From the NCBI GenBank assembly GCA_902612005.1, contig CACMCA010000003.1, positions 33,756 through 97,755 of the forward strand: 64,000 nucleotides of DNA, given 5' to 3'. Both the position numbers and the translations under genes were made by a program. The notes beneath the pieces were generated by a model. That model did not search any database, had not been told where the DNA came from, and worked only from the letters and a program-made list of their open reading frames with translations. Shown here in pieces: positions 1 to 10,227 of the stretch. Positions within the stretch are counted from its first letter, which is position 1. Every line of letters starts with the position of its first letter. The DNA comes from an uncultured Prochlorococcus sp. (lineage in GTDB: Bacteria; Cyanobacteriota; Cyanobacteriia; PCC-6307; Cyanobiaceae).

Positions 1-158
1 ATTGAATAAGCTATGCGATCCTTAACGGACGCTGATGGATTGAAACTTTCTAGTTTGGCTACTATTTCTGGGTAACAATTACAATACTCTTTGATTCGAT
101 TTAATTTAACTAACGGGGTATTTCCAACTAGAGAGGTTATATCATTTGCTATTTCCAT
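1..158 (-). CDS. cysK: Cysteine synthase A, 5' part (runs off the window start)
   Basis: Hand translation from ATG at 158 gives [19 protein letters not shown]...[17 protein letters not shown], which includes the SVKDR PLP-lysine motif. Not in the ORF track. Confidence 0.93.
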   Translation of the reverse strand, partial: MEIANDITSLVGNTPLVKLNRIKEYCNCYPEIVAKLESFNPSASVKDRIAYS

Positions 159-313
159 GAAATGATTATTTAAATTGCAAAATTTAATCTTCTGTTTTCA
201 TAATAATTGTATTTAAAGATCTTTTGCATATATTTCTCAAAAGAATTTAATTTATAATGACTTTCTGCAGAAAAAATATTTATTATTATAAAAGGTAGTT
301 TTTTATAAGGATT

Positions 314-586
314 ATGTACTCACTGGAACTAAGTCTGAGATATTCACCTTTTCCACTTTCAATTCAGAAGAAAGAATTTGAGGATGTTAAACGAATTTAT
401 GATGAAATTAAAAGTTCTATGAATGAATCTTTAGAATCCTCAAACTTGATTGAATTAAGATGTGACAAAGTGCAAGATAAATTAATTTCTGTCAGAGCAA
501 AAGAAATCATTTCCGTTCAGATATATGAAAAATCATCAGTAGCAGGAGGCGCTAAAAGACCAGGATTTTCTCTCAATATAGATTGA
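314..586 (+). CDS. Conserved cyanobacterial hypothetical protein (90 aa)
   Basis: Clean ATG ORF divergent from cysK, C-terminal GGAKRPGF motif, overlaps the next gene by 4 nt. Confidence 0.75.
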   Translation: MYSLELSLRYSPFPLSIQKKEFEDVKRIYDEIKSSMNESLESSNLIELRCDKVQDKLISVRAKEIISVQIYEKSSVAGGAKRPGFSLNID

Positions 587-1269
587 TAGAATTTATGCGA
601 GATTCTCTCGAAAATGAAATACCTCATATTCATTTCAAAGATGTCTCTTTTTCATATCCTGGGAAAAAAGAAAATTTAATTTTTAAATGTAATTTTTCTA
701 TAAAAAAAACTGGATTTTGGATGGTCGTCGGGAAAAACGGGAGTGGAAAAAGTACCCTTCTTAAATTAATTAATGGAATAATTAAACCCAAGCATGGAGT
801 CATTAATTCAAAAGCAAATATAGGGATGGTATTTCAAAATCCTGATCATCAAATATTGATGCCAAATTGCAGGAGCGAACTTCTGATTAATATTAACCAA
901 AACATAAGTGATTATGAAATCAATAAAAAAATAGAATATGTACTTGCTCAGGTGGGATTGACTGGTTTTGAAAAAAGGCCAGTACATACGTTAAGCGGTG
1001 GGCAAAAACAACGCTTAACTATTGCATGCGTTCTTATTAGTAATAAGAACTTTATTCTTTTAGATGAGCCAACAGCGTTACTTGATCAAACCAGCCAATT
1101 AAAAGTCTTAAAAACTATTAAAAACCTTACAAGTGACCATAAAAAACCCTTATCCGCTTTGTGGATTACCCATCGTTATGAAGAATTAACTTATGCTGAT
1201 TCAGTAGCAGAGCTGAAAAATGGTTTTTTATCTAGCTGGCAAGAACCATCAAAATTTCAATATAATTAA
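583..1269 (+). CDS. ABC transporter ATP-binding protein, CbiO/EcfA-like
   Basis: Walker A GKNGSGKST, Q-loop VFQNPDHQ, signature LSGGQKQR, Walker B ILLDEP. Start may be ATG at 595. Confidence 0.85.
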   Translation: MIEFMRDSLENEIPHIHFKDVSFSYPGKKENLIFKCNFSIKKTGFWMVVGKNGSGKSTLLKLINGIIKPKHGVINSKANIGMVFQNPDHQILMPNCRSELLININQNISDYEINKKIEYVLAQVGLTGFEKRPVHTLSGGQKQRLTIACVLISNKNFILLDEPTALLDQTSQLKVLKTIKNLTSDHKKPLSALWITHRYEELTYADSVAELKNGFLSSWQEPSKFQYN

Positions 1270-1318
1270 ATCTTTTACTTGTCATAAGGCACTTTAAAGA
1301 GTTAAATTCGTTTTATAT

Positions 1319-1390
<72 letters not shown>

Positions 1391-1415
1391 TCCTCAGACT
1401 CGTTCAAGTAAGATC

Positions 1416-1439
1416 AGGAGACTATACGTCTCCTTTTTT
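1416..1439 (+). terminator. Rho-independent terminator after tRNA-Asn
   Basis: AGGAGAC-TATAC-GTCTCCT perfect 7-bp stem followed by a T run. Confidence 0.85.
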
Positions 1440-1440
1440 A

Positions 1441-1693
1441 TTGTTCTCGCAGGATTTTCTAGAACTCTTACTTAACCAAGATAGACCAAAAATAGTTACT
1501 TTTTCTTGAAAGTTCTTCCTATTTTTTAGCGTCATATGGTTTCAAATATGATGATAAATATCTTGATAAATTTTTAAAGGGTCATAGAGATATATCCTTT
1601 GAGGAGTTTATATATTTCAAAAAGTTATTTAAAGTCACCTTTATAAAGATGACTTTTTATTTTAATGAACCCTTACAAAAAGTGGTTAGCTGA
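1441..1693 (+). pseudogene. Possible frameshifted small ORF remnant (~83 aa if repaired)
   Basis: A 22-codon TTG ORF (1441-1509) overlaps a start-less 65-codon open frame (1496-1693). Removing one T from the T run at 1500-1504 joins them. Confidence 0.3.
1631..1656. repeat. 26-bp near-perfect palindrome
   Basis: AAAGTCACCTTTA|TAAAGATGACTTT, 12 of 13 pairs match. Confidence 0.7.
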
Positions 1694-1931
1694 GGATGTA
1701 ATGTAAAAATTATATTCTATTAACTACAGTAAATAGAACATAATAATTTATTTTATTGGTTCTAAATTAATAATGTTTTGAAAGATTATATAATATGTTT
1801 AAAGAACAGTATATAGAACAATTGGTAATTCTCCAGACAAACAAAAAACTTACTTTTTTATTGATTTTTATGTCTTATTTAATCAAAATTTTTTCTTTTT
1901 ATATGGTATGAATTACATCTTGCAGGAAATT

Positions 1932-2291
1932 CTAGTCATCCCACATATCCGTTTTCTCTTTATCTAGAGTATTCCTCTCAAGTAATTCTATTCTTTGTTT
2001 TTGAGAATCTATTTCTGTTTCAAGAATGTTTTTCTGATCAATGTATTTTGTTTGTATATTTTGGATAACTATTTCAAATTGCTCTCCAAAAAAATCTGAC
2101 ATTTCTCTCCATGCCTCCAATTCTTCTTCCTTGTCGATAGTATCGTTTATATGATGAGAAATAACTTCTAGTACAAATTGTTTAAGCTCTTGATGACCCA
2201 TTGATTCAATTTTTTTTTGAATATAAAATTCTTTAAGTTTTTCTAGTTGTTTTTTTGATAAATCAGAATAGATAAATGACTTCTTTTTCAT
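1932..2291 (-). CDS. Hypothetical protein (119 aa, charged, probably helical)
   Basis: ATG ORF, long for DNA this AT-rich. No motif recognised. Confidence 0.7.
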   Translation of the reverse strand: MKKKSFIYSDLSKKQLEKLKEFYIQKKIESMGHQELKQFVLEVISHHINDTIDKEEELEAWREMSDFFGEQFEIVIQNIQTKYIDQKNILETEIDSQKQRIELLERNTLDKEKTDMWDD

Positions 2292-2695
2292 AAATATTTA
2301 AATTTTTTTTAATATAGAGAAAATTATTACTTTATACACGCAGAATAAATCAAAAACTTTAAAATCTGTAAATCCTCTTTGAAAAGTGCGAATCACCATT
2401 TAATTCCATATTTCAGATACCTTGGTATGGCAATTTAAATTAGATATTTTTTCAAAGATAAGCACAATTTTTTTCTAATATTCCACTGATTATTAAGAAA
2501 AAGTAAATAGAATCGAAAGAAATTGTAAAATTTAAACTTTTTAAAAATTTGTAATTTCTCTCTAATTCCTTGCCATTATTGAGATAATTGCTAAATCTAA
2601 TTGATAAAATTGTTTACACTAATTCAGCAATCTTTAAAATTTCTTGAGAGAATTATACTACTAAAAATTTAATTTTAATTTAATAGTCTATCAAT

Positions 2696-3478
2696 ATGAA
2701 AATTTCAATCCTTTTAATTGAAGATGATCGTGATATGCGTGATTTGGTTGCAAGGCATTTAGAACATTCTGGTTTCGATGTCCAAAAAGCTGAAGATGGT
2801 ATTAAAGGACAAGCACTAGCTCTTCAATACTCTCCAGATTTAATACTCTTAGATTTAATGTTGCCAAATGTTGATGGTTTAACTTTATGTCAGCGACTTA
2901 GAAGAGATGAGAGAACATCAAATATTCCAATTCTTATGATAACCGCATTAGGTGGCCTTAAGGATAAAGTTACTGGGTTCAATTCTGGAGCAGACGATTA
3001 CATCACTAAACCATTCGATCTAGAAGAATTGTATGTACGCATAAAAGCATTACTAAGAAGAACCAACAGAGCACAATTAAATTCTGATAACCAGCAAGAA
3101 ATATTAAATTATGGCCCTCTAACTCTTGTCCCGGAAAGATTTGAAGCTATCTGGTTTGAATCTCCTATTAGATTAACTCATCTTGAATTTGAATTACTTC
3201 ACTGTCTTTTGCAGAGACATGGTCAAACTGTATCGCCAGCATCCATTCTTAAAGAAGTTTGGGGATATGAACCCGATGATGATATTGAAACAATAAGAGT
3301 TCATATTAGACACTTACGCACCAAACTAGAACCTGATCCACGTAAGCCTAGTTATATAAAAACTGTATATGGAGCTGGATATTGTCTTGAGTTACCTATT
3401 GGTTCTCAAGTCGAAACTGCGAGGCAAGAGTTTATTCAAGCAAAAAATCCTGATTTGATAAATCCTGCCTTTAATTAA
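2696..3478 (+). CDS. rpaA: OmpR-family response regulator RpaA
   Basis: Receiver domain ([18 protein letters not shown]) plus wHTH with [26 protein letters not shown], characteristic of RpaA. Confidence 0.92.
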   Translation: MKISILLIEDDRDMRDLVARHLEHSGFDVQKAEDGIKGQALALQYSPDLILLDLMLPNVDGLTLCQRLRRDERTSNIPILMITALGGLKDKVTGFNSGADDYITKPFDLEELYVRIKALLRRTNRAQLNSDNQQEILNYGPLTLVPERFEAIWFESPIRLTHLEFELLHCLLQRHGQTVSPASILKEVWGYEPDDDIETIRVHIRHLRTKLEPDPRKPSYIKTVYGAGYCLELPIGSQVETARQEFIQAKNPDLINPAFN

Positions 3479-3480
3479 TT

Positions 3481-4443
3481 TCATATATCTTCCATTGAAA
3501 TTCTTAAAAAAGTAATTTCCCATCCCAACCTTGGTTGAATGTTTTGTCTCAAAAGATATTTTAAATTTTCAAGTTTTTTAACTAAACCAATATTTTTTGT
3601 CTTTCTCCACCAAATATTTTGAATTAAATTGACTAAAGAAATCTGCTGATAAATTTCTAATTTTTCAGATATTAATTTAGAAATTTCTAATATTTCTAGG
3701 CTATTTTTTATTGGAGAATCTAATTTGCTTGTAATTTCATCTGAAAAAGAATTCCAAATTTCGATATTTTTCACAACTTGATTTGGAGATCCATTCGCAG
3801 AATTTATTAAATCTTTAAAATTCAATTTTGTATTAATGTTTAATTTTGAATTATCTAAATATTCTTTCAAAATAAACTTTATTTCTTTACTAGAAAAGGA
3901 CCTAAATCTGACGATTTGACATCTTGAGATGATCGTATCTAAGAGAAGGTTTAATTTAGATGTTAGTAAAATAAAAATACCGTTACTAGGTTCTTCTAAA
4001 GTTTTTAAAAGGCAATTTGAGGCTGCTTCGTTTAAGAGGTGTGCATCAATAATTAAAACAATTTTTTTTTCTGAGTTTATTGATTTTTGACTAAGAAAAG
4101 TTTTGATATTACGTATTTGAGCAATTTTAATAATCTCAGATCCACTTTTTATTATTTTTGTAAGATCGGAACTTCCTGAACTTTTAGTTGCCGTAAGAGA
4201 CTCTGGTTCAATAATTAAAAAATCAGGATGGTTATTGTTTGTAATTCTCTGTTCAATATTTTCGATGGGTGAAGACTGTTTGAGAATCTCTTTTATAAAT
4301 TGAAGAGCAGTTTGCTTTTTTCCTAATCCTTTAGCACCATAAAATATGTAACCATTAGCAAATGATTTGTTTTTAATTATGTTGTTAAGACAGGTATTGA
4401 CCTCTGCATTCATGAAAAAATTATTTTTTTTAACTTCAATCAT
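3481..4443 (-). CDS. holB: DNA polymerase III delta' subunit
   Basis: [23 protein letters not shown] and TIISRCQ motifs. Coupled to tmk. Confidence 0.92.
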   Translation of the reverse strand: MIEVKKNNFFMNAEVNTCLNNIIKNKSFANGYIFYGAKGLGKKQTALQFIKEILKQSSPIENIEQRITNNNHPDFLIIEPESLTATKSSGSSDLTKIIKSGSEIIKIAQIRNIKTFLSQKSINSEKKIVLIIDAHLLNEAASNCLLKTLEEPSNGIFILLTSKLNLLLDTIISRCQIVRFRSFSSKEIKFILKEYLDNSKLNINTKLNFKDLINSANGSPNQVVKNIEIWNSFSDEITSKLDSPIKNSLEILEISKLISEKLEIYQQISLVNLIQNIWWRKTKNIGLVKKLENLKYLLRQNIQPRLGWEITFLRISMEDI

Positions 4444-5078
4444 TTGTTATTAGAAAATTTTTTTAGCAAAGTCTCTTTAATTTGATTAGAAATAGTATTA
4501 ATATTTTGTGAAGCAGATATTACTTTCCAGTTTTTTTGTTTGGCAATTAATTTAAAGCCTTCATTTACTTTTTCTAAAAATCTAATACCTTCTGATTCTA
4601 TTCTGTCTGGAATTTCATTTTTTCTTCGGAATATGCTCTCTTCTGGAGAAATTTCTAAGTAGAAAGTGAGATCAGGAGATTCTCCTTGACAAACTATTGA
4701 TTCAATATTTTTAATTATTTCTAAATTTATATTTCTTCCATAGCCTTGATAAGCCAGAGTGGAGTCTGAAAATCTATCACTTATTACCCAATCATTGTTA
4801 TTTAAAGCAGGTGAAATAATTTTGGAAACGTGTTCAGCTCTATCCGCTGAATAAAGCAATAATTCAGCAAGAGATGAAGGCTTGTTATTTTCATTATTAT
4901 CAAGAATCAGGCCTCTAAGTTTTTTTCCTAGAAGACTGCCTCCGGGTTCTCTAGTTGTGATTAATTTAGACCCTTTCTTTATTAGACCACTTTTAGGCAG
5001 CCATTTAGATAGTTCATCTATTTGGGTAGTTTTACCACATCCATCAATACCCTCAATAACGATAAATTTTCCTTTCAT
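4440..5078 (-). CDS. tmk: Thymidylate kinase
   Basis: [33 protein letters not shown]. Confidence 0.97.
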   Translation of the reverse strand: MKGKFIVIEGIDGCGKTTQIDELSKWLPKSGLIKKGSKLITTREPGGSLLGKKLRGLILDNNENNKPSSLAELLLYSADRAEHVSKIISPALNNNDWVISDRFSDSTLAYQGYGRNINLEIIKNIESIVCQGESPDLTFYLEISPEESIFRRKNEIPDRIESEGIRFLEKVNEGFKLIAKQKNWKVISASQNINTISNQIKETLLKKFSNNK

Positions 5079-7373
5079 TTAATCCAAAGATAAAGCATTA
5101 ATTACAACTGTAATAGAGCTAATAGCCATCAATAATGCTGCGATTGAGGGGGTTAGAAGAATACCGTATTTAGGGAATAAAATGCCGGCGGCTAGAGGTA
5201 TAGCGAGTAAGTTGTAACCAAAAGCCCATGTTAGATTTTGCTTTATTTTTCTTATAGTTTTTTTGGCAAGATTTAAGGCGTAGGGTAATCCATTTAGTTG
5301 ATCTCCCATCAATACTACATCTGCATTTGCCTTGGCTATTTGAGTCCCTGATCCAACCGCAATTCCTAAGTCTGAAGATGCTAAAGCTGGGACATCATTA
5401 ATACCATCACCAATCATTGCTACTTTATTATTAATTTTTAAATTTTCTATAGTCTTTAGTTTCATTTCGGGAAGAAGATCCCATTTTACTTCTGTTTCTT
5501 TAAAACCAATTTTTTTTGCTAAAGCTAAAACTGTTTGTTTCCTATCTCCACTTAAAATATTAATTCTAAATTTGTTTTCTCTTAAATTTTGAACTGTTTT
5601 AATTGAATCATCTCTGAGTAAATCTCCTAGGAAGATAAAGCCTAATAACTGATCTTTGATACTTACTCCAATGATAGTATTCGTTTTTGTCTCTTCATTT
5701 TCAATGATCTTTTTTGCATCACTATCAATAATTATTCCTTGACTAAGTAGCCATTCGATATTTCCAATATTAATAAGTCCATCAATCGACTCTAGTTCGC
5801 CAGAAATACCTCGACCTGAATGAGTGAAAATTTTTTTTATTGAAAATAAACTTAAATTTTGTTTTTTTGCCTCTTGAATTAAGGCATCTGCGATTGGATG
5901 TCTGCTTTCCCTTTCTAAACTGGCAGCTATTCTTAATAAATATGAATGATCATCATTATTTTTATAATCAACAACGAAGGGCTTACCTTTTGTTAAAGTA
6001 CCTGTCTTGTCAAAAATAATGTGATTAATTTTTGAAGCCATCTCTATTTTGTCCCCGCCTTTAAATAAAACTCCTTTTTTTGCTGCTTTACCTGATGCGA
6101 CAGTTATTACAGTTGGGGTGGCTAAACCTAATGCACAAGGACAAGCTATCACTAAAACAGCAATTGACAATTGAATGGCTAAACTAAGGAAATTCTCAGC
6201 TCCACTACCAAGCGAACTATGAAGTGTATGGCTTGAGTGAGTGATGAATTGATTATCATGATTTAATAAATCTGGCCAAATGTTTTTTGCCCCCTTCCAC
6301 CAAAACAGGAAGGTTAACGTAGCAAAAATAAGTACAAAGTAAGTAAATTTGCCTGCAATTTCATCAGCAATTCTTTGAATGCGAGGCTTTCTAGCGTTTA
6401 CAGATTCAATAAGATTTACTAGTTTTGCAAGAGAAGAATCACCTCCTACCTTTTGTACTTTAAGTCTGAGAGTTGAATTAAGATTTAAAGACCCGCTAGA
6501 TAGATTGTCACCTTCTTTTACCTCGATAGGTTTGGATTCTCCAGTAATATGTGAAACATCAATATATGAATTTCCTTGAGTAACAATGCAGTCAGTTGGT
6601 ACTCTATCTCCTGCTAAAACTTGAATCTCTTGATCAGGCAATAAATTGTTTACCCTTATTGATTTTATTTGATTATCTTCTGTGTAGATATTTGCTATTT
6701 CTGGTTGAAGATCTAATAACTCTCCAATGGATGAACTCGTTTGGTATCTCGCTCTTTCCTCTAAAAAACGCCCAATCAATATAAAGCCTAATAGCATAAC
6801 TGGTTCATTAAAAAAACAAGGAAAACCAGCGGCAGGAAATATTAATGATAAAAGACTTGTCGTATATGCGCTAGTGACTCCAAGAGCTACTAGAGAATCC
6901 ATATCCGGATGTTTCTTAATAAATGACTTAAATCCATTAATAATTATTCCTCTGCCGGGGAATAATAGAGCTAATGTTGCTAACGAAGCGTGAAAAAATA
7001 TATTGCCTAATATTGGAAAATTTATATATCTTCCTTCTGCTAGATGTCCTAAACCTGAAAATAACAAAAGTAATAAAGCAAAAGTTAGTTTTTTCCATTG
7101 ATTATTCCACTTCTTTTTTTTTTCTAATTCTGCCTTATTTATTTTTTTTGAATAATCATTTATGTAAATCTTTGATGGGAAACCATTCTCTTTTAGATTT
7201 TTGAGAACTGTTTCTATTTCTATATGTTTCTGGGTAATTTCAAAATATGCACTTTCAGTTAGTAAGTTAACAGAAACATTTTCAATACCATCAGAATTAT
7301 TCAATATTTTTTCAACAGTACTTACACAACCTCCGCACTTCATTCCTGTAATGCTTAATTGAATGCTTTTCAT
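5079..7373 (-). CDS. P1B-type Cu(I)-transporting ATPase (CtaA/PacS family)
   Basis: HMA GMKCGGC, TGES, CPCALGLATP, DKTGT, HP, GDGIND and YN motifs. ATG at 7373 preferred over GTG at 7382. Confidence 0.92.
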   Translation of the reverse strand: MKSIQLSITGMKCGGCVSTVEKILNNSDGIENVSVNLLTESAYFEITQKHIEIETVLKNLKENGFPSKIYINDYSKKINKAELEKKKKWNNQWKKLTFALLLLLFSGLGHLAEGRYINFPILGNIFFHASLATLALLFPGRGIIINGFKSFIKKHPDMDSLVALGVTSAYTTSLLSLIFPAAGFPCFFNEPVMLLGFILIGRFLEERARYQTSSSIGELLDLQPEIANIYTEDNQIKSIRVNNLLPDQEIQVLAGDRVPTDCIVTQGNSYIDVSHITGESKPIEVKEGDNLSSGSLNLNSTLRLKVQKVGGDSSLAKLVNLIESVNARKPRIQRIADEIAGKFTYFVLIFATLTFLFWWKGAKNIWPDLLNHDNQFITHSSHTLHSSLGSGAENFLSLAIQLSIAVLVIACPCALGLATPTVITVASGKAAKKGVLFKGGDKIEMASKINHIIFDKTGTLTKGKPFVVDYKNNDDHSYLLRIAASLERESRHPIADALIQEAKKQNLSLFSIKKIFTHSGRGISGELESIDGLINIGNIEWLLSQGIIIDSDAKKIIENEETKTNTIIGVSIKDQLLGFIFLGDLLRDDSIKTVQNLRENKFRINILSGDRKQTVLALAKKIGFKETEVKWDLLPEMKLKTIENLKINNKVAMIGDGINDVPALASSDLGIAVGSGTQIAKANADVVLMGDQLNGLPYALNLAKKTIRKIKQNLTWAFGYNLLAIPLAAGILFPKYGILLTPSIAALLMAISSITVVINALSLD

Positions 7374-7494
7374 ATTTTTCACTAATGAAGCAAATTAATG
7401 CTTGCCCTTTTTTTTAACTATAATAATAAATGTAATAGACTTTTTAAATAGTAATTTTTTAAATTACTATATTAATTTTATTAGTTTTAGAGCG

Positions 7495-8016
7495 GTGCCA
7501 AGTAATCAAAACAGAGACAATTTTATCGATAAAGCTTTTACTGTTATTGCTGAATCAATAGTAAAAATAATGCCTATTGCAGAGAAAGAAAAAAAAGCAT
7601 ATATCTACTATAGAGATGGACTAGCTGCCCAAAATAATGGGGATTATTCCGAAGCATTAGAGTATTACAAAGAGAGTTTACTACTTGAAGAAAATAAAAT
7701 TGATAGGGGTGAGACTCTAAAAAATATGGCAATAATATATATGAGTAATGGGGAAGAGGATTTGTCTATCGAAACTTATGAAAAAGCATTAGTAGAAAAT
7801 CCAAAACAGCCATCATGCCTGAAAAATATAGGTTTAATTTATGAAAAAAGGGGAAGAAATGCTGAGCAAAATGGTGATTTAGATCAGAGTGATATTTGGT
7901 TTGATAAAGCTGCTGAAGTCTGGTCTAAAGCTGTGAGATTATATCCTGGTGGGTATCTAGATATTGAGAATTGGTTGAAAAATTCAGGCAGAAGCTCAAT
8001 TGATATGTACCTTTGA
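7495..8016 (+). CDS. ycf3: Photosystem I assembly TPR protein Ycf3
   Basis: [11 protein letters not shown]...YYRDG...GDYSEAL, ending WLKNSGR. Likely start is GTG at 7495 rather than 7402. Confidence 0.95.
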   Translation: MPSNQNRDNFIDKAFTVIAESIVKIMPIAEKEKKAYIYYRDGLAAQNNGDYSEALEYYKESLLLEENKIDRGETLKNMAIIYMSNGEEDLSIETYEKALVENPKQPSCLKNIGLIYEKRGRNAEQNGDLDQSDIWFDKAAEVWSKAVRLYPGGYLDIENWLKNSGRSSIDMYL

Positions 8017-8020
8017 TTTT

Positions 8021-9373
8021 TTATTTTGATAAGGAATAATTAACTGCTTCTTTAATATTGGATATCTCTTTGATGTTTATTAAATCTTGAAAATTAATAT
8101 TTAGTTCCTCCTCTAGTTTTGGCACCACGATATTTTTTATCCCTAGTCTTACAGCTTCTTCTATTTTTGTCCGAAGGTTATTCGATTTTCTAACTTGACC
8201 GCTCAAACCTAATTCCCCAATAAATGAGGTACTAGCCAAAGGAGGAATATTTTTCAAACTTGATACAATTGATATTGCTACACCTAAGTCAGATGAGGGA
8301 TCATTAATCTCAAAACCTCCACCAGTTGCTATATAACAATCAAATTCAGATAATTTTATCCCTACGTGTTTTTCTATAACAGCAAGAATTTGATGTAATC
8401 TATTTATGCTGATTCCTGTTGTAGTTCGTCTTGGGTTACTATAGAAAGTTTTATTTACTAGTGCTTGTATATCAACTGCTAATGGTCGGGTACCTTCATT
8501 TGTAATCGTAGTTGTTACCCCTGAAATATTTTCTTTATTCGTAAAAATTGAACTTGGGTTTTTTATCTCTCGTAAACCCTCTTCAAGCATTTCAAAAATT
8601 CCAATTTCAAAGGTTGATCCAAATCGATTTTTTATACTTCTTAGTAATCTATGAGATGAAATATTATCTCCTTCAAAGTTTATTACTGTATCGACTAAAT
8701 GTTCAAGCGTTTTAGGGCCAGCTAAAGCACCATCTTTGGTTACATGACCAATTATTAGAAAGGCAATATTATTGTCTTTGGCTAGATTTTGCAATTCAGA
8801 AGAACATGCTCTAACTTGAGAAACTGATCCTGGCGAACTTTCCATTTCATGATTATGAATGGCTTGAATACTATCAATAATTGCGAAACTTGGATTTACA
8901 CGTTTGATCTCTTCAATAATTAGGGATAAATTCGTTTCTGCAAAAATTTTTAAATCAATACTGTTTTGATTTAATCTTTCCCATCTTATTTTTACTTGTT
9001 CTAAGGATTCTTCTGCAGTTATATATAAAACTTTCTCATTGAGAGATATTTTCCCTGCTGATTGAAGAACTATTGTGCTTTTACCTATACCTGGTTCTCC
9101 TCCAAGTAAGACAACAGATCCAGGCACTATTCCACCTCCAAGAACTCGATCAAATTCTCTAAAACCACTTGTAAATCTTGATATTTTTTTTGATGAAATT
9201 TCATTAAAAGGGATAGATTTCTTATTATTTTTAATATCTTGATGTTTAGATTTCTTGCTTTTAATTTCTTCGACAATTGAATTCCATGAGTTGCAATTAA
9301 GACATTTCCCAAAGTATTGAGAAGTTTCAGTTCCGCAATTTTGACAAATAAAAGTCGATAATTTGCTAGACAT
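8021..9373 (-). CDS. radA: DNA repair protein RadA/Sms
   Basis: C4 zinc finger, GEPGIGKST, KNRFG, GELGLSG. Confidence 0.97.
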   Translation of the reverse strand: MSSKLSTFICQNCGTETSQYFGKCLNCNSWNSIVEEIKSKKSKHQDIKNNKKSIPFNEISSKKISRFTSGFREFDRVLGGGIVPGSVVLLGGEPGIGKSTIVLQSAGKISLNEKVLYITAEESLEQVKIRWERLNQNSIDLKIFAETNLSLIIEEIKRVNPSFAIIDSIQAIHNHEMESSPGSVSQVRACSSELQNLAKDNNIAFLIIGHVTKDGALAGPKTLEHLVDTVINFEGDNISSHRLLRSIKNRFGSTFEIGIFEMLEEGLREIKNPSSIFTNKENISGVTTTITNEGTRPLAVDIQALVNKTFYSNPRRTTTGISINRLHQILAVIEKHVGIKLSEFDCYIATGGGFEINDPSSDLGVAISIVSSLKNIPPLASTSFIGELGLSGQVRKSNNLRTKIEEAVRLGIKNIVVPKLEEELNINFQDLINIKEISNIKEAVNYSLSK

Positions 9374-9480
9374 TTAGTTTTTGAATAAAGTATTAGAACT
9401 AGAATGTTTGGGATATTGCCCCTCTACAAGTTAGATTAGGATAATAATTAATTCTCTTACTGATTAGCTAATAGAAACAA

Positions 9481-10227
9481 ATGGCTCTATCTAGTCAAAC
9501 TAAAGAAACAATTCTTGTCGCAGATGACGAGGCAAGTATTAGAAGAATTCTGGAGACGCGCCTCTCCATGATTGGTTACAAAGTCGTAACTGCAAGTGAT
9601 GGTAAAGAAGCACTAAAGTTATTTAAAGATTATGAGCCTGATTTAGTCGTGCTTGATGTTATGATGCCAAAATTAGATGGCTATGGAGTGTGTCAGGAAT
9701 TAAGGAAAGATTCAGACGTTCCAATTGTTATGTTAACTGCATTAGGAGATGTTGCAGACAGGATAACAGGTTTAGAATTAGGGGCTGATGATTATGTTGT
9801 TAAACCATTTAGTCCCAAGGAATTAGAAGCTAGGATTAGATGCGTTTTAAGAAGAATTGACAAAGAACAAATTCCTGGAATGCCTAATTCAGGATTAATT
9901 TTGGTTACTGATATAAAAATAGATACAAATCGAAGACAAGTTTTTAAAAGTGATGAGAGAATTAGATTAACTGGAATGGAATTTAGTCTTTTAGAGCTTT
10001 TGGTAAGCAGGTCAGGCGAGCCATTTAGTAGAGGAGAAATTTTAAAGGAAGTTTGGGGATATACACCCGAGAGACATGTAGATACAAGAGTAGTCGATGT
10101 TCATATATCGAGATTAAGATCAAAACTTGAGGCTGATCCGGCAAATCCTGAATTGATATTAACAGCAAGGGGCACAGGATATCTTTTTCAGAGGATTGTA
10201 GATCTTGCTCCTTTTGATGGTAAATAA
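9481..10227 (+). CDS. rpaB: OmpR-family response regulator RpaB (Ycf27)
   Basis: DDEASIRRILETRLSMIGY and WGYTPERHVDTRVVDVHISRLR signatures. Confidence 0.96.
   Translation: MALSSQTKETILVADDEASIRRILETRLSMIGYKVVTASDGKEALKLFKDYEPDLVVLDVMMPKLDGYGVCQELRKDSDVPIVMLTALGDVADRITGLELGADDYVVKPFSPKELEARIRCVLRRIDKEQIPGMPNSGLILVTDIKIDTNRRQVFKSDERIRLTGMEFSLLELLVSRSGEPFSRGEILKEVWGYTPERHVDTRVVDVHISRLRSKLEADPANPELILTARGTGYLFQRIVDLAPFDGK

Noticed and set aside
2298-2399. 33-codon minus-strand ORF (MVIRTFQRG...) upstream of the 119-aa gene
   Set aside because: Short, no motif, and it lies in the probable divergent promoter region. Compatible with chance.
7402-7494. Extended N-termini proposed by the ORF track (ycf3, and similarly fabD, ycf34, rbp, nucleotidyltransferase 26739, menE)
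   Set aside because: Family-typical N-termini begin at downstream starts. The extensions are translated intergenic or overlapping sequence.
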